Positions 9,814 to 18,622 of a stretch of 64,000 nt of DNA are shown one piece after another. The notes under the pieces were generated by a model, which searched no databases, had not been told where the DNA came from, and was given only the letters and a program-made list of their open reading frames with translations. The stretch is from Sphingobacteriales bacterium (GTDB lineage Bacteria > Bacteroidota > Bacteroidia > Chitinophagales > JADJOU01): the NCBI GenBank assembly GCA_021297855.1, contig JAJTHM010000045.1, positions 233-64,232 of the forward strand, in the 5' to 3' direction. Numbering within the stretch: the first letter of the stretch is position 1; each line of letters starts with the position of its first letter. The translations under genes were made by a program, and so were the position numbers.

Positions 9814-11908
9814 CTAATTGTCTAATATTACCCACTCAAATCCATCAAATCCTTCGAAATGATTATTTACCTGATTGAAACGCATTGTACCTTCTAAGAA
9901 TGGCGGAGTTGCAGGTTTTTTGGTATAGTTTCCTTCATTTTGATTCGTTACGCGAATCATACATCCTCCACTATTTCTATCTATATTTGTTTGATTTCCC
10001 CATTGTTTGTAGGCCACTCCGTTTATGGCGCCTGTAGCAATAGGTCCTAGTGGATATATAGGTATAAATAAACCTTGAGGTCTTAAATCATTTGGTATTT
10101 TGACTGGGGTGAGCGTCTTAAACCATAATTCTGGACTGATATGATTAGCAGAAACTGAATTTTTAAACTTGGTAGCTTCCGTTAATGTATCATCCAAAAG
10201 ATCATAGTTATGGAAGAATCGAATATTGACAAAACCATCCTGTGTCCCAGATGTGAGCTCTATAGTCCAGGTGATACCCATCACGAAACTTCCATCTTGG
10301 CCATCTATTCTACTAAATACTTTTGGACCATTGGGTGAACAGAGACATTTTCTGATTTTGATTTGGGTAGCAAATGCAGTCGTATTGGCACCTGCGCCTA
10401 CAGGATTATGCTCGATTGCAAAGAAATAGCTATTGTCTACTGTTCCTGGCAGACCATAATAGGACCAGCCATTGGCTTCAAAAATTTTAATACAGGTGAT
10501 ATCGTCAAATGGGAATTTGTGACAATCAATCAACTTACTTGTCAAACAATCAGGACTTGCATTATCACTGGTTTTAACCAAATTCAATTTCGTAGAACCT
10601 TCTGTGCCGATACTCGCAGAATCTAGCTTAGTCTCGGCTATTACTGTATTATTCGCACCTAACCAATCCTGCAATATGGTGCCATAAATTTGTCTATAGT
10701 CATATTTGCGCTCACTAGCTGGATAATAAAAGGCCGTAGAACTAGATTGATTTGCATTAGCAGGTACATTCAAACTCGGGTGAGCTCCAATTATACCACT
10801 CTGAACCCCTTTTCCAATGACAAAAAATGGTGCAATATTCCCATGGTCAGTACCTGTACTTCCATTTTGTTTGACTTGTCTACCAAACTCACTAAAGGTT
10901 ACGGTCATGACTTTATCCCCTATACCTAGCAATTCAATATCATTTTGGAATGAAGATATAGAATTAGAAACATCACCGAGTAGATTGGCATGAGCGCCTA
11001 TATGAGTAGTTCCCGGAATCGCCTGTGTGTCATGTGTATCAAACCCACCGATAGTGACCATAAAAACTTTGGTTTTGGAACCACCCTTTATCAATCTAGC
11101 TACTGTTCGCAACTGTCGAGCCAAATTTGAATTAGGATAGGTGACTGGACTATTATTACCTGCAGTAAATACAGATATAATTCTGTTGTAGTAGGCATCC
11201 ATACCTTTTTTCTACACCGCGAAGGAACTGCTGTATTTTACCATAATCACTTTCATCGGGAAGGTAGATCTCAGGTGCCAGCATACCAAATAGGGTTCCT
11301 TGCATGGAGGTGGCATTATATTCGATATTTTTATTATGGGTATGGTTGAAAATGAGACATGGATTGGAATTCCCAAAATGTAAGGCTACTGGGTCTTCCA
11401 TAAGTCTATTTGGTGATCCAGCCATACCAGGCAAAACTGATTCTAGGTATCTTCCCATCATCCCATCGACCAAATTGGTCGGATTATTTCCATCTCTACC
11501 AGCAAACATCATATTTTCTGAGTCGAAATGGGAGTAGTTTGGTTTTGGATAGCCTACCCCATTTATAATAGCTAGTTTCCCAGCATTCAACAAGTCTGAG
11601 AAGGCAAACATCGAAGGGTGGAGACCAATATCAGAATTGAGGGCTATGATTGAGTTTGGACCAGTGTTGTTTAATTTTATATCGGGTCTTAAAAAGCTGT
11701 ACTGTGCATATTCATTAAGGGGAATGACGGTATTTAATCCATCATTCGCGCCTGCCATTCTTACCATGACCACTACTCTATCTGAAACAGGATCACAGTT
11801 GGCAAATGGCGCAGCAGAGGCCCATGCATAGGAATTATTTAGAATCAATGGACTCGATAACCCTAGTGTGCCCGATACTTTTAAAAAACCTCTTCTTCCT
11901 ATTCCCAT
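9814..11908 (-). pseudogene. DUF1501 family protein (Tat signal) with ~280-aa C-terminal extension; frame broken once at a homopolymer
   Basis: ORF 11156-11908 carries RRGFLK, AGANDGLNTVIP and GYPKPNYSHFDS. ORF 9814-11202 carries GGFDTHDTQ, SEFGRQVKQNGSTGTDHG and ILQDWLGA. The two frames meet at the T6 run at 11206-11211 (A6 on the coding strand); removing one A gives ...GVEKGMDAYYNR... Confidence 0.75.
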
Positions 11909-11918
11909 ATACAGTACT

Positions 11919-13643
11919 TTACATCACTTGATATTCAGTAGATCTAGCCATAGCTAGCAGCAATCTATTCACCGCAGTTCTTACTGCATTTTTTTTGGTA
12001 GCATTATTCACATCCGCTATCCATGTGTTCCATGTAGTCTGCCAATTGGCCTTTGATAGTCCATTGAGCAGCGCATTTTCAAAATAGCCATAGCGCAATC
12101 CCTTGGGCTTTGAAGGAAATAAAAGGTCCATTATTTCATCGATAAGTGTATCTGCATTGCCAGGATCTGTGAACCAACCAGATAATCTTAAATAATCAGG
12201 TGAATCTAATCGAGTGGTGAAGCCATTATTTGTATATCCGTTCAAATAGGTTTCTATCCAACCAGATTTATAGCGTTGATTTAGCGTAGCTATCGTCACC
12301 CAATTTTTATCATAATCGGGCTTGGCGCTATAGCCAGGATAACCACTGACATCTACGGAGTTAAATAATTGTATCCCTGATATCCAGATTCTGGAGCGCA
12401 GTGTATTATAAAAATTATGGAAATGCAATGGATTGGTCGTTGGATTTACAGTAGCTATATTTGTCTCTGCCATAAAATTTAACATCAATTCCACAGGGGA
12501 TTTAATCTTACTGCCTATGTGTTCGTCTCCGACAATACTATCCTCTTCATCATAAAAATGCCAACTTTTAAGAAGCATTTTAACAGCGGATTCCAAGTTA
12601 TAGGTAATCCCATTTTGGGTGCTCAAAAGGTGAGTAGACAAAGGGGTAATTATGTCAATTTCAACTTCTTGTGTAATATTTGAATTGACAAAGAAGCGAT
12701 ACAATCTTCTGGCATAGTTTCTAGCAGTTTCTTGTTGATTGAAAACCATATTGATAAAAGCCTGTAACTCGTCATAGACTGTATAAGCGCCTGTCAGGGT
12801 ATTTGAGCCATTGATTGTCTGTCCGCCAAAGGCAGAACTGAAGGTTTTGTTCCCAGTATCATGTTGAGCTAAATTGCAAAGTCCTGTGGGAAGATTGGTG
12901 GCTGCATAGGTCCACCCCGCATTGGTAGGATTAGGTGCATGACCAGCGATATTGGTCGTCAACCCTTTATCTAGATAGTTCATACGCACATTGCCTCCAT
13001 AGGTGCCAGTAAAGCCAGTAAGAACTCTCGCCGCCTGCTGCACATCGTGCTCTGTATAGTTGGTATAATTGCCTTCTTCTATTTGTTCTCCTTTTAGTAT
13101 AGTGAATAACTCTAAGAATTCCCTGGAGTAGTTTTGGTTCGGGTTTGTTTTAATATTCAGGTAATTGCTCAAAAAATAAATCATTCGTTGATTTAATGTC
13201 ATTTTAAATGCCAATTCCTTTAAACTCTTGTTGGTGTATTGCAAGAGGAGAGCCATATTGTCCCACTGCATATAAACAGAGGTATATGTAGTAATATATA
13301 TACTGTGTAGAAACATAGAAAGCTTCCACTGAATGGTATCGCTTTTATGAGCATTGTGTAGCCAATAATTTATAAATTCATAAGAATAGTCATTATTATA
13401 GGTGGCATCAAAAGTTGCCCCTGGATTGTTAAAGTCCGGAAAATATTGAGAGCCATCTGTATTTTTGATAGGTTTGGCTTGGGCAGGAGCAGTAAATGTA
13501 AATAACTGATCTAGAGCCTGTGCTGGAGTTAGACCAGCCAATGCATTAGCTCGTGCCTTTGAGGGCCTATATGTAGCCCTTCGCAGAAGGTGCATGGCAC
13601 CAGCAAATCCAAGTGGGGTGTTCTTCTCAGCTATTGAAGCCAT
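11919..13643 (-). CDS. DUF1800 family protein
   Basis: HLLRRATYRPS N-terminal motif, 574 aa, and the canonical position upstream of DUF1501. Confidence 0.75.
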   Translation of the reverse strand: MASIAEKNTPLGFAGAMHLLRRATYRPSKARANALAGLTPAQALDQLFTFTAPAQAKPIKNTDGSQYFPDFNNPGATFDATYNNDYSYEFINYWLHNAHKSDTIQWKLSMFLHSIYITTYTSVYMQWDNMALLLQYTNKSLKELAFKMTLNQRMIYFLSNYLNIKTNPNQNYSREFLELFTILKGEQIEEGNYTNYTEHDVQQAARVLTGFTGTYGGNVRMNYLDKGLTTNIAGHAPNPTNAGWTYAATNLPTGLCNLAQHDTGNKTFSSAFGGQTINGSNTLTGAYTVYDELQAFINMVFNQQETARNYARRLYRFFVNSNITQEVEIDIITPLSTHLLSTQNGITYNLESAVKMLLKSWHFYDEEDSIVGDEHIGSKIKSPVELMLNFMAETNIATVNPTTNPLHFHNFYNTLRSRIWISGIQLFNSVDVSGYPGYSAKPDYDKNWVTIATLNQRYKSGWIETYLNGYTNNGFTTRLDSPDYLRLSGWFTDPGNADTLIDEIMDLLFPSKPKGLRYGYFENALLNGLSKANWQTTWNTWIADVNNATKKNAVRTAVNRLLLAMARSTEYQVM

Positions 13644-13748
13644 AATTAAAAACTACTTGTTTAAAATTTACAATCACAAAAATAAATTAATTTTTTTTAA
13701 ATTCCCTTTTTTTTTATGACTAATTGGATTAGTCTTGATTTCGATAGC

Positions 13749-14291
13749 TTATTGATTGTCAGTTTCTTTTCCGAACCATACAACGCCAAAGCTTTTGTAG
13801 ATTCCTATGCCAATGGCATTCCACTTATCTGTTTTCCACATCCCTTCATTTATTATCACCGAATAGTGGCCTTTGCTTGCTTTCCAGCTTTTCAATGCAT
13901 ATTCAGCAGACATGACGAAGTCAGCGCAACATGCATTGGATCCACAGGCGATTTCATAACCATTGCCAGTATATGATGTCAATTCCTTTGGCTTGGACCA
14001 CATACATTTAGATTCCGCATGGTTGGGTGTGTAGCAGCATGGTGTCCATTTTCCTTTTGCTGACCAACTGTGGGCATTGCAGTTGGCATTATCTGGTTTA
14101 TTATTTACTAGGTCTTTTACATGCGCCTGGGCTACAGTTGTCAATGCAGGAGATAGCGGTATTGCGGGTAGTCCCTTTTCTTTGCGGTATTGCATCAGTA
14201 TATCATACAGTTTTTTTTCCTCACTGCTCAAGGTTTGAGCATAGGAATTTTCAGAAATAAAGAAGAGGGCAATAGCAACGATGAATTTCAT
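13749..14291 (-). CDS. secreted CAP/SCP-like domain protein, cysteine-rich
   Basis: Signal peptide. YRKEKGLPAIPLSPALTTVAQAHVKDL and GHYSVIIN resemble bacterial CAP domains. Confidence 0.55.
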   Translation of the reverse strand: MKFIVAIALFFISENSYAQTLSSEEKKLYDILMQYRKEKGLPAIPLSPALTTVAQAHVKDLVNNKPDNANCNAHSWSAKGKWTPCCYTPNHAESKCMWSKPKELTSYTGNGYEIACGSNACCADFVMSAEYALKSWKASKGHYSVIINEGMWKTDKWNAIGIGIYKSFGVVWFGKETDNQ

Positions 14292-14338
14292 GTTGATGAG
14301 TTTTACTTAATTATACAAATATACTAAAAAAAATCACC

Positions 14339-14413
14339 TGGTGATATGCTTATTTAGAGGGTAAATTATAAATCTACTAACATACGAACATAGTGGGAGA
14401 CTATGCTCAGCGG
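14339..14413 (+). repeat. 75-bp dispersed repeat, family D (copy 1)
   Basis: GGTGATATGCTTATTTAGAGGGTAAATTATAAAT...GGAGACT(A/G)TGCTCAGCGGG recurs at 17075-17149 in the same orientation. Confidence 0.8.
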
Positions 14414-14503
14414 GGGGTATTACAATATTATGTATTCTATCTAGCCCTCTGAGTCCCTTGCAGGAGAATCAAAGGAAGGGAATTATCTAGACTATTTAGT
14501 TCA

Positions 14504-15199
14504 TTAAATACCATAACAGATTTGAGTTAGCTTATCTATAATTTTATTGAACCGAAGTTCTTGATCTTCATAAAAAAGATTACCCAATATTGCTTCTTGC
14601 TTCACATTATCTTGTAAAATATCTTGAAAACAAGCTTGTAAGTATTTTTTAACCTCAGCATCTGCTGATGAAATAAGTTCGACAATATTAGCGGTGTAAT
14701 TGAGAATGTAAACAATGTCTTCAAAATCATGACTTGTTCTTGGGTCAGAAATACCTCTGTCATAAAACGCAGTCAATTTAGTAGCTAAATAATATGGTAA
14801 GGAGAGGCATTTTATCTTTGTTCCGTCCAAATCTAATTCCAGCAATTGGCTAAACCCAGGTGCAAACCAAGGATTAGCGGATGCCCAACCTACTGCTTTT
14901 GTGGCCATCACATCTACTTTGATATCTTTATAGCGAAAACGACAAATAACATTGTCTTCGCTTGATTGATAAAAACCTTTTTGTATTAGGGTTGCTTGTA
15001 TTTTTTCCAATTCACTCAGGCTCGCAATCTCCATACTGATATCGATGTCTTTTGTTGGGCGAACATCGTCAGCCGAACTATCATCAATATACATACTCAC
15101 TACAGCACCTCCCACATAAACAACTTTATCGTTGAGTTCACCCAAGGCTAAAGCAATAGTGCGCGTTGCAATTCTATTAATTTGCGTGTTCTTTAGCAT
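14504..15199 (-). CDS. nucleotidyltransferase-fold protein (TA-toxin-like, AbiEii-like logic)
   Basis: Minimal NTase motif VGGAVVSMY...RPTKDIDIS. Overlaps the upstream wHTH gene by 7 nt. Confidence 0.55.
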   Translation of the reverse strand: MLKNTQINRIATRTIALALGELNDKVVYVGGAVVSMYIDDSSADDVRPTKDIDISMEIASLSELEKIQATLIQKGFYQSSEDNVICRFRYKDIKVDVMATKAVGWASANPWFAPGFSQLLELDLDGTKIKCLSLPYYLATKLTAFYDRGISDPRTSHDFEDIVYILNYTANIVELISSADAEVKKYLQACFQDILQDNVKQEAILGNLFYEDQELRFNKIIDKLTQICYGI

Positions 15200-15738
15200 A
15201 ATTTTTTGCGAAGAATTTCAATGGCTTTATTTTTTTCTCTTGCACGACCTACACGTAACGCATCACACAAAGCCATGTATTCATAAAATTCGGGATCTTT
15301 CAAACATGCTTCCGGTACTTTTTGATGCAAAGGTTCAATGGATTCACCACGCACTGTTCCTTCACCATAGGGCCATACATAAGCTTCTTCACTCACAATT
15401 TCTTGATTTAATGGTGGTGCTGAATGTGCCGTAGGTACACCTCTTACCTTTGCACCGAGCTGTTGTGGGTACACATAGCGCAAACCATGTTCTAAGAAAT
15501 CTAAAATAGAAAGTTTCATCAAGCGTTTTTTGTCTTTAGCTATCAAACCCGACATGGAAGAACGGTGCAGACTTTCACTTACCTCGCTGCCACTGATGCC
15601 CAGTTCGATAGCTAAATCTTTCATTTGCCAAGACGTATCTTTTTTGGCCGCTATTTTCAATAAAATTACTATGTCGTGTGGGCGCATGCCGCTATGTTTT
15701 TTCATTGGCGTCTCTATTAATTGCGACAAAGATAGCAA
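15193..15738 (-). CDS. winged-helix DNA-binding protein, partner of the NTase
   Basis: HTH-like MKDLAIELGISGSEVSESLHRS. Coupled to the downstream NTase gene. Confidence 0.5.
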   Translation of the reverse strand: MLSLSQLIETPMKKHSGMRPHDIVILLKIAAKKDTSWQMKDLAIELGISGSEVSESLHRSSMSGLIAKDKKRLMKLSILDFLEHGLRYVYPQQLGAKVRGVPTAHSAPPLNQEIVSEEAYVWPYGEGTVRGESIEPLHQKVPEACLKDPEFYEYMALCDALRVGRAREKNKAIEILRKKLC

Positions 15739-15741
15739 TTA

Positions 15742-15772
15742 ATTCTCAATTCGCGAATCGCGAATTGAGAAT
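15742..15772. promoter_or_regulatory. 31-bp perfect palindrome (15-bp arms), candidate operator upstream of the wHTH gene
   Basis: ATTCTCAATTCGCGA-A-TCGCGAATTGAGAAT lies 4 bp upstream of the start at 15738. Confidence 0.4.
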
Positions 15773-15787
15773 TTGGATAAATTTTAC

Positions 15788-15846
15788 TGTCGGCTTCCCC
15801 ATTTTAAGTACAAATTCAAACTGGCCGTACTATGGGGAAGCCGACA
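15788..15846. repeat. 14-bp-stem hairpin (TGTCGGCTTCCCCA ... TGGGGAAGCCGACA)
   Basis: Perfect inverted arms at 15788-15801 and 15833-15846. Confidence 0.6.
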
Positions 15847-15881
15847 AGATATCTCATTCTGAAAATTTAGTAATGATTAGA

Positions 15882-15904
15882 TTGTTGGTGAATAACACCA
15901 ACAA
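15882..15904. repeat. REP-like hairpin, family E (TTGTTGGTG-N5-CACCAACAA)
   Basis: The same palindrome recurs at 49756-49780, 57211-57234 and 57605-57626. Confidence 0.7.
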
Positions 15905-15927
15905 AATGAATAGCTAATGTCTAGCTA

Positions 15928-16572
15928 TTATTTTAATTCGACGAGTACTTCATTGCGCATCATCCATGGCGGTGTCCATGGGGCATTGTATCCAGCGTAG
16001 GATGGATTCCCTTGTGTTTCTATGCCTTCCTTCGCCAGAGCCGCTAGTAACTGCGCTTGTACGCTTTTTATGCGGGCATCCGAGCGATACCAAGAGAAGC
16101 GCATCACGGCATATTTCAAAGCAGGAAGCTCGATGATTTCTATCCTCTTATCATTGGGTATGGGCAGTGATTCCATGGTATAGGAGCTGGGCATACCAAA
16201 AGATATGACATGAGCGTCTCCACGATTCACAGCTATCACCGGCGCTGTCATAGCTATGCTCTCGGAGGTCTGGCCGCTCTCACCCTTTTTTGCGACTACG
16301 GGCGCTGTCATGGCTATGTTTTCTTTTTTAGTATTGCCGCCAAAAATATAAGAGGCCAATATCCTAAATCCAGCTCGCATGGCTTCTTCATAAGATCCCT
16401 TGACGGTGGTGCGTGCCACGATATGCGGTGGATAGTCTCGTAGTTCGTAGCCATCCATCTTTTTGACTACAGTATAGGCTGCCTGCTCTACATTAGAGCC
16501 AAAATAGCCCCATATAGACCAGAGGCCAATAAGAGCCCCCAAGGCGATAAGTATATAATTCATTTTTTTCAT
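15928..16572 (-). CDS. SOUL heme-binding family protein
   Basis: VEQAAYTVVKKMDGYELRDYPPHIVA and a duplicated IAMTAPV motif. 214 aa with an N-terminal anchor. Confidence 0.75.
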   Translation of the reverse strand: MKKMNYILIALGALIGLWSIWGYFGSNVEQAAYTVVKKMDGYELRDYPPHIVARTTVKGSYEEAMRAGFRILASYIFGGNTKKENIAMTAPVVAKKGESGQTSESIAMTAPVIAVNRGDAHVISFGMPSSYTMESLPIPNDKRIEIIELPALKYAVMRFSWYRSDARIKSVQAQLLAALAKEGIETQGNPSYAGYNAPWTPPWMMRNEVLVELK

Positions 16573-16629
16573 TCGTTTAATTTAAGAATGTGGTTGTGTC
16601 TGGTGTTGGTTATCTATACATCAAATGTA

Positions 16630-16730
16630 CATTAAAATTTTTATTCGGACATTTTCACACAGACGAATAAAAATTTTAATGGGAATTCAACTATACCCTT
16701 AAATCTAAGAATTATAATTTATAGGAGAAA
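16630..16730 (+). repeat. ~101-bp palindromic element, family B (copy 2)
   Basis: Matches the reverse complement of 2242-2342. Perfect 18-bp stem. Confidence 0.7.
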
Positions 16731-16858
16731 GCTATACATTTTTATACCGTTTTCTCTTTCTCCTTCACTCCTCACATCTGACCAATTTATATTTTCTCCT
16801 AGCTGAGTCTCTCAGAGTGGACTCAGCATTGCTTATATATGGCTTCTTTTTTAGCACG

Positions 16859-16906
16859 AGTTACAAACTCGCGCTAGCGGGGGGTTACAAACTCGCGCTA
16901 GCGGGG
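16859..16906 (+). repeat. 24-bp tandem duplication (x2)
   Basis: (A/G)GTTACAAACTCGCGCTAGCGGGG occurs twice, head to tail. Confidence 0.85.
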
Positions 16907-17053
16907 CTTCATCTATTCGTCATGGCGGCTCATCTACTCGCCTTGGTGGTTCATCTGCTCGTCATGGCGCCTTATCTATCCGTCATGGTGGCTCATCTAT
17001 TCGCCTTGGTGCCTCATCTATTCGTCATGGCGCCTCATCTGCTCGTCCTAGTG
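16907..17053 (+). repeat. 21-bp tandem repeat x7 (minisatellite)
   Basis: Seven contiguous units of consensus (G/C)CTCATCT(A/G)(T/C)TCG(T/C)C(A/T)TGG(C/T)G, with no spacers. Confidence 0.9.
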
Positions 17054-17074
17054 GCTATACTAGAGGCAAGGTCG

Positions 17075-17149
17075 GGTGATATGCTTATTTAGAGGGTAAA
17101 TTATAAATTTACTAACACAAGAGCATAGTAGGAGACTGTGCTCAGCGGG
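17075..17149 (+). repeat. 75-bp dispersed repeat, family D (copy 2)
   Basis: Direct-orientation match to 14339-14413. Confidence 0.8.
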
Positions 17150-17210
17150 ACGAGTGCTTGTGTGGCGGCTAGTACGACTTGGTAATGGTTATGACTGCGA
17201 AGTGTTAGCA

Positions 17211-17708
17211 TTATCTGTGTGTCGCTATTGATACAATTTTAAAAATATCTTGTCCTGCTCTTAAAGCATCCAAGAGTTGTTTGAACATAAATGCTGTTTC
17301 CATGTTCGTTTTCTCTTGAATCATCAAGAGTCTAGCAATTAAAATCAGAAATTTTATGCTATATTCTCCCTTGTCGGCAAGTGATTCATATTTCAGTGCC
17401 TCTTGATTTACTTCCTTCAACAAAGTTTCTACATTTAAAAGATTCATCCGCTCTTCTTCTGTCCTTAAAGGTTTAATATGTTCATTCCAAGCTGTAATTA
17501 AGAAGTCAAGAAATTGTTTAGTTTCTTCTTCGTTGGAGTGCATTTTCAAGAGTACGTCAACTGCCCAATGTATATGCTTAGGTGTTCTAATATTTGTCCA
17601 TCCTGATCTCCTTGATTCATCTTTTTGTCTGTATTTCAGAAGGAGGTCAAACTCAGAAAGAGTTCCTTTGTATACAGCTAAAACATATCTGCCGTTTACT
17701 AGATACAT
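17211..17708 (-). CDS. hypothetical protein in the position where a DpnII-type cassette would carry its endonuclease
   Basis: 165-aa ORF 40 bp downstream of the truncated dpnA-like gene. No motif recognised, and it does not resemble DpnII as I recall it. Confidence 0.35.
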   Translation of the reverse strand: MYLVNGRYVLAVYKGTLSEFDLLLKYRQKDESRRSGWTNIRTPKHIHWAVDVLLKMHSNEEETKQFLDFLITAWNEHIKPLRTEEERMNLLNVETLLKEVNQEALKYESLADKGEYSIKFLILIARLLMIQEKTNMETAFMFKQLLDALRAGQDIFKIVSIATHR

Positions 17709-17748
17709 GCCAAAGGCTGATTTCCTTTTGAAATCATATTTGGTAAAC

Positions 17749-18429
17749 TCATAAGATTAATTCATTTCCATATTCAAGAATTGGTTCTTCTACTAAAAAT
17801 AGTTCAAGTTCTTTTTTGTCATTGAAACCACCAATTTTTTGTCTGTAAGTAGTTGCTGTTTTTGGGTTTTCAATTTCAAGTTTTCTGTTTTTACTTATTG
17901 TCAAAAAATCTGCTTCTTGATCTATTCCTAAAAAGCGTCTGTTCGCTAAATTAGCTGCAATTCCTGTTGTCGAACTTCCTGTAAATGGATCCAAAATCCA
18001 AGCGTTTGGCTTTGTTGAAGCCAAAATTAAACGTGTCAAAACAGAAAGAGGTTTTTGAGTTGGGTGTTTTCCACAAGTTTTTTCCCAAGGTGCAATTGCA
18101 TTTAATTTCCAGACATCTTTCATTTGTTTGTCACCGTTAAGTTGCTTCATTAGTTTATAATTGAAGTAATGTGGGACCTTTTCACTTTTTCTCGCCCAAA
18201 TGATTTGTTCTGTTGAATATGTAAAATAGCGACAAGAAAAGTTTGGTGGTGGATTGGTTTTTTCCCAAGTAACAACATTTAGGATTTTAAAACCTAGTTC
18301 AGTTAAAATTTGTCCAACTGAAAAAATATTGTGTATTGTTCCGCTTATCCAAATGGTGGCATCATCTTTCATTTTATCGCGAACAGAAATTTGTTGGATT
18401 CTAACACACTTGAGTAATGTCAATTCCAT
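17749..18429 (-). pseudogene. dpnA: DpnA-like beta-class N6-adenine DNA methyltransferase lacking its N-terminal DPPY-containing part
   Basis: WISGTIHNIFSVG, GFKILNVVTWEKTNPPPNFSCRYFT, GKHPTQKP and ILDPFTGSSTTGIAA track DpnA from roughly residue 90 onward. No DPPY motif is present, and the upstream sequence belongs to other ORFs. Confidence 0.7.
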
Positions 18430-18622
18430 AAACTAAACTAAACAATTCTAAATCTTCTAGTTGATTGAATTCACAAACTTCATTAATTGAAAAATCATTT
18501 TTGTCTATAAATTCTCTTAGAAATTTTGAAATAATAATTTCCCGAATAGGAATATCCATACCCCAAAACAAGATATTATTTTGTTCTATCATATAGAAAT
18601 TATTACCATTACTTATTTCCAT
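18401..18622 (-). CDS. hypothetical 73-aa ORF bridging rhuM and the truncated dpnA
   Basis: ORF only. Overlaps both neighbours and may be junction sequence rather than a gene. Confidence 0.2.
   Translation of the reverse strand: MEISNGNNFYMIEQNNILFWGMDIPIREIIISKFLREFIDKNDFSINEVCEFNQLEDLELFSLVYGIDITQVC

Noticed and set aside
10226-11831. Plus-strand ORFs antisense to the DUF1501 gene (10226-10429, 10363-10626, 10690-10929, 11304-11537, 11637-11831)
   Set aside because: They are shadow ORFs opposite a motif-rich gene, and none carries a recognisable motif.
13716-14260. Plus-strand ORFs 13716-13976 and 14027-14260
   Set aside because: They are antisense to the CAP-domain gene, which has a signal peptide and family motifs. 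They have no features of their own.
16907-17053. Possible CRISPR array
   Set aside because: The repeat units are contiguous with no spacers, the unit is only 21 bp, and no cas genes are nearby. It is a minisatellite, not a CRISPR array.
16817-17092. ORF-track protein of 91 aa (…HLFVMAAHLLALVVHLLVMAP…)
   Set aside because: It is entirely a read-through of the 24-bp and 21-bp tandem repeats, has a GTG start and has no recognisable translation signals. I report it as a repeat, with the coding possibility noted only as a question.
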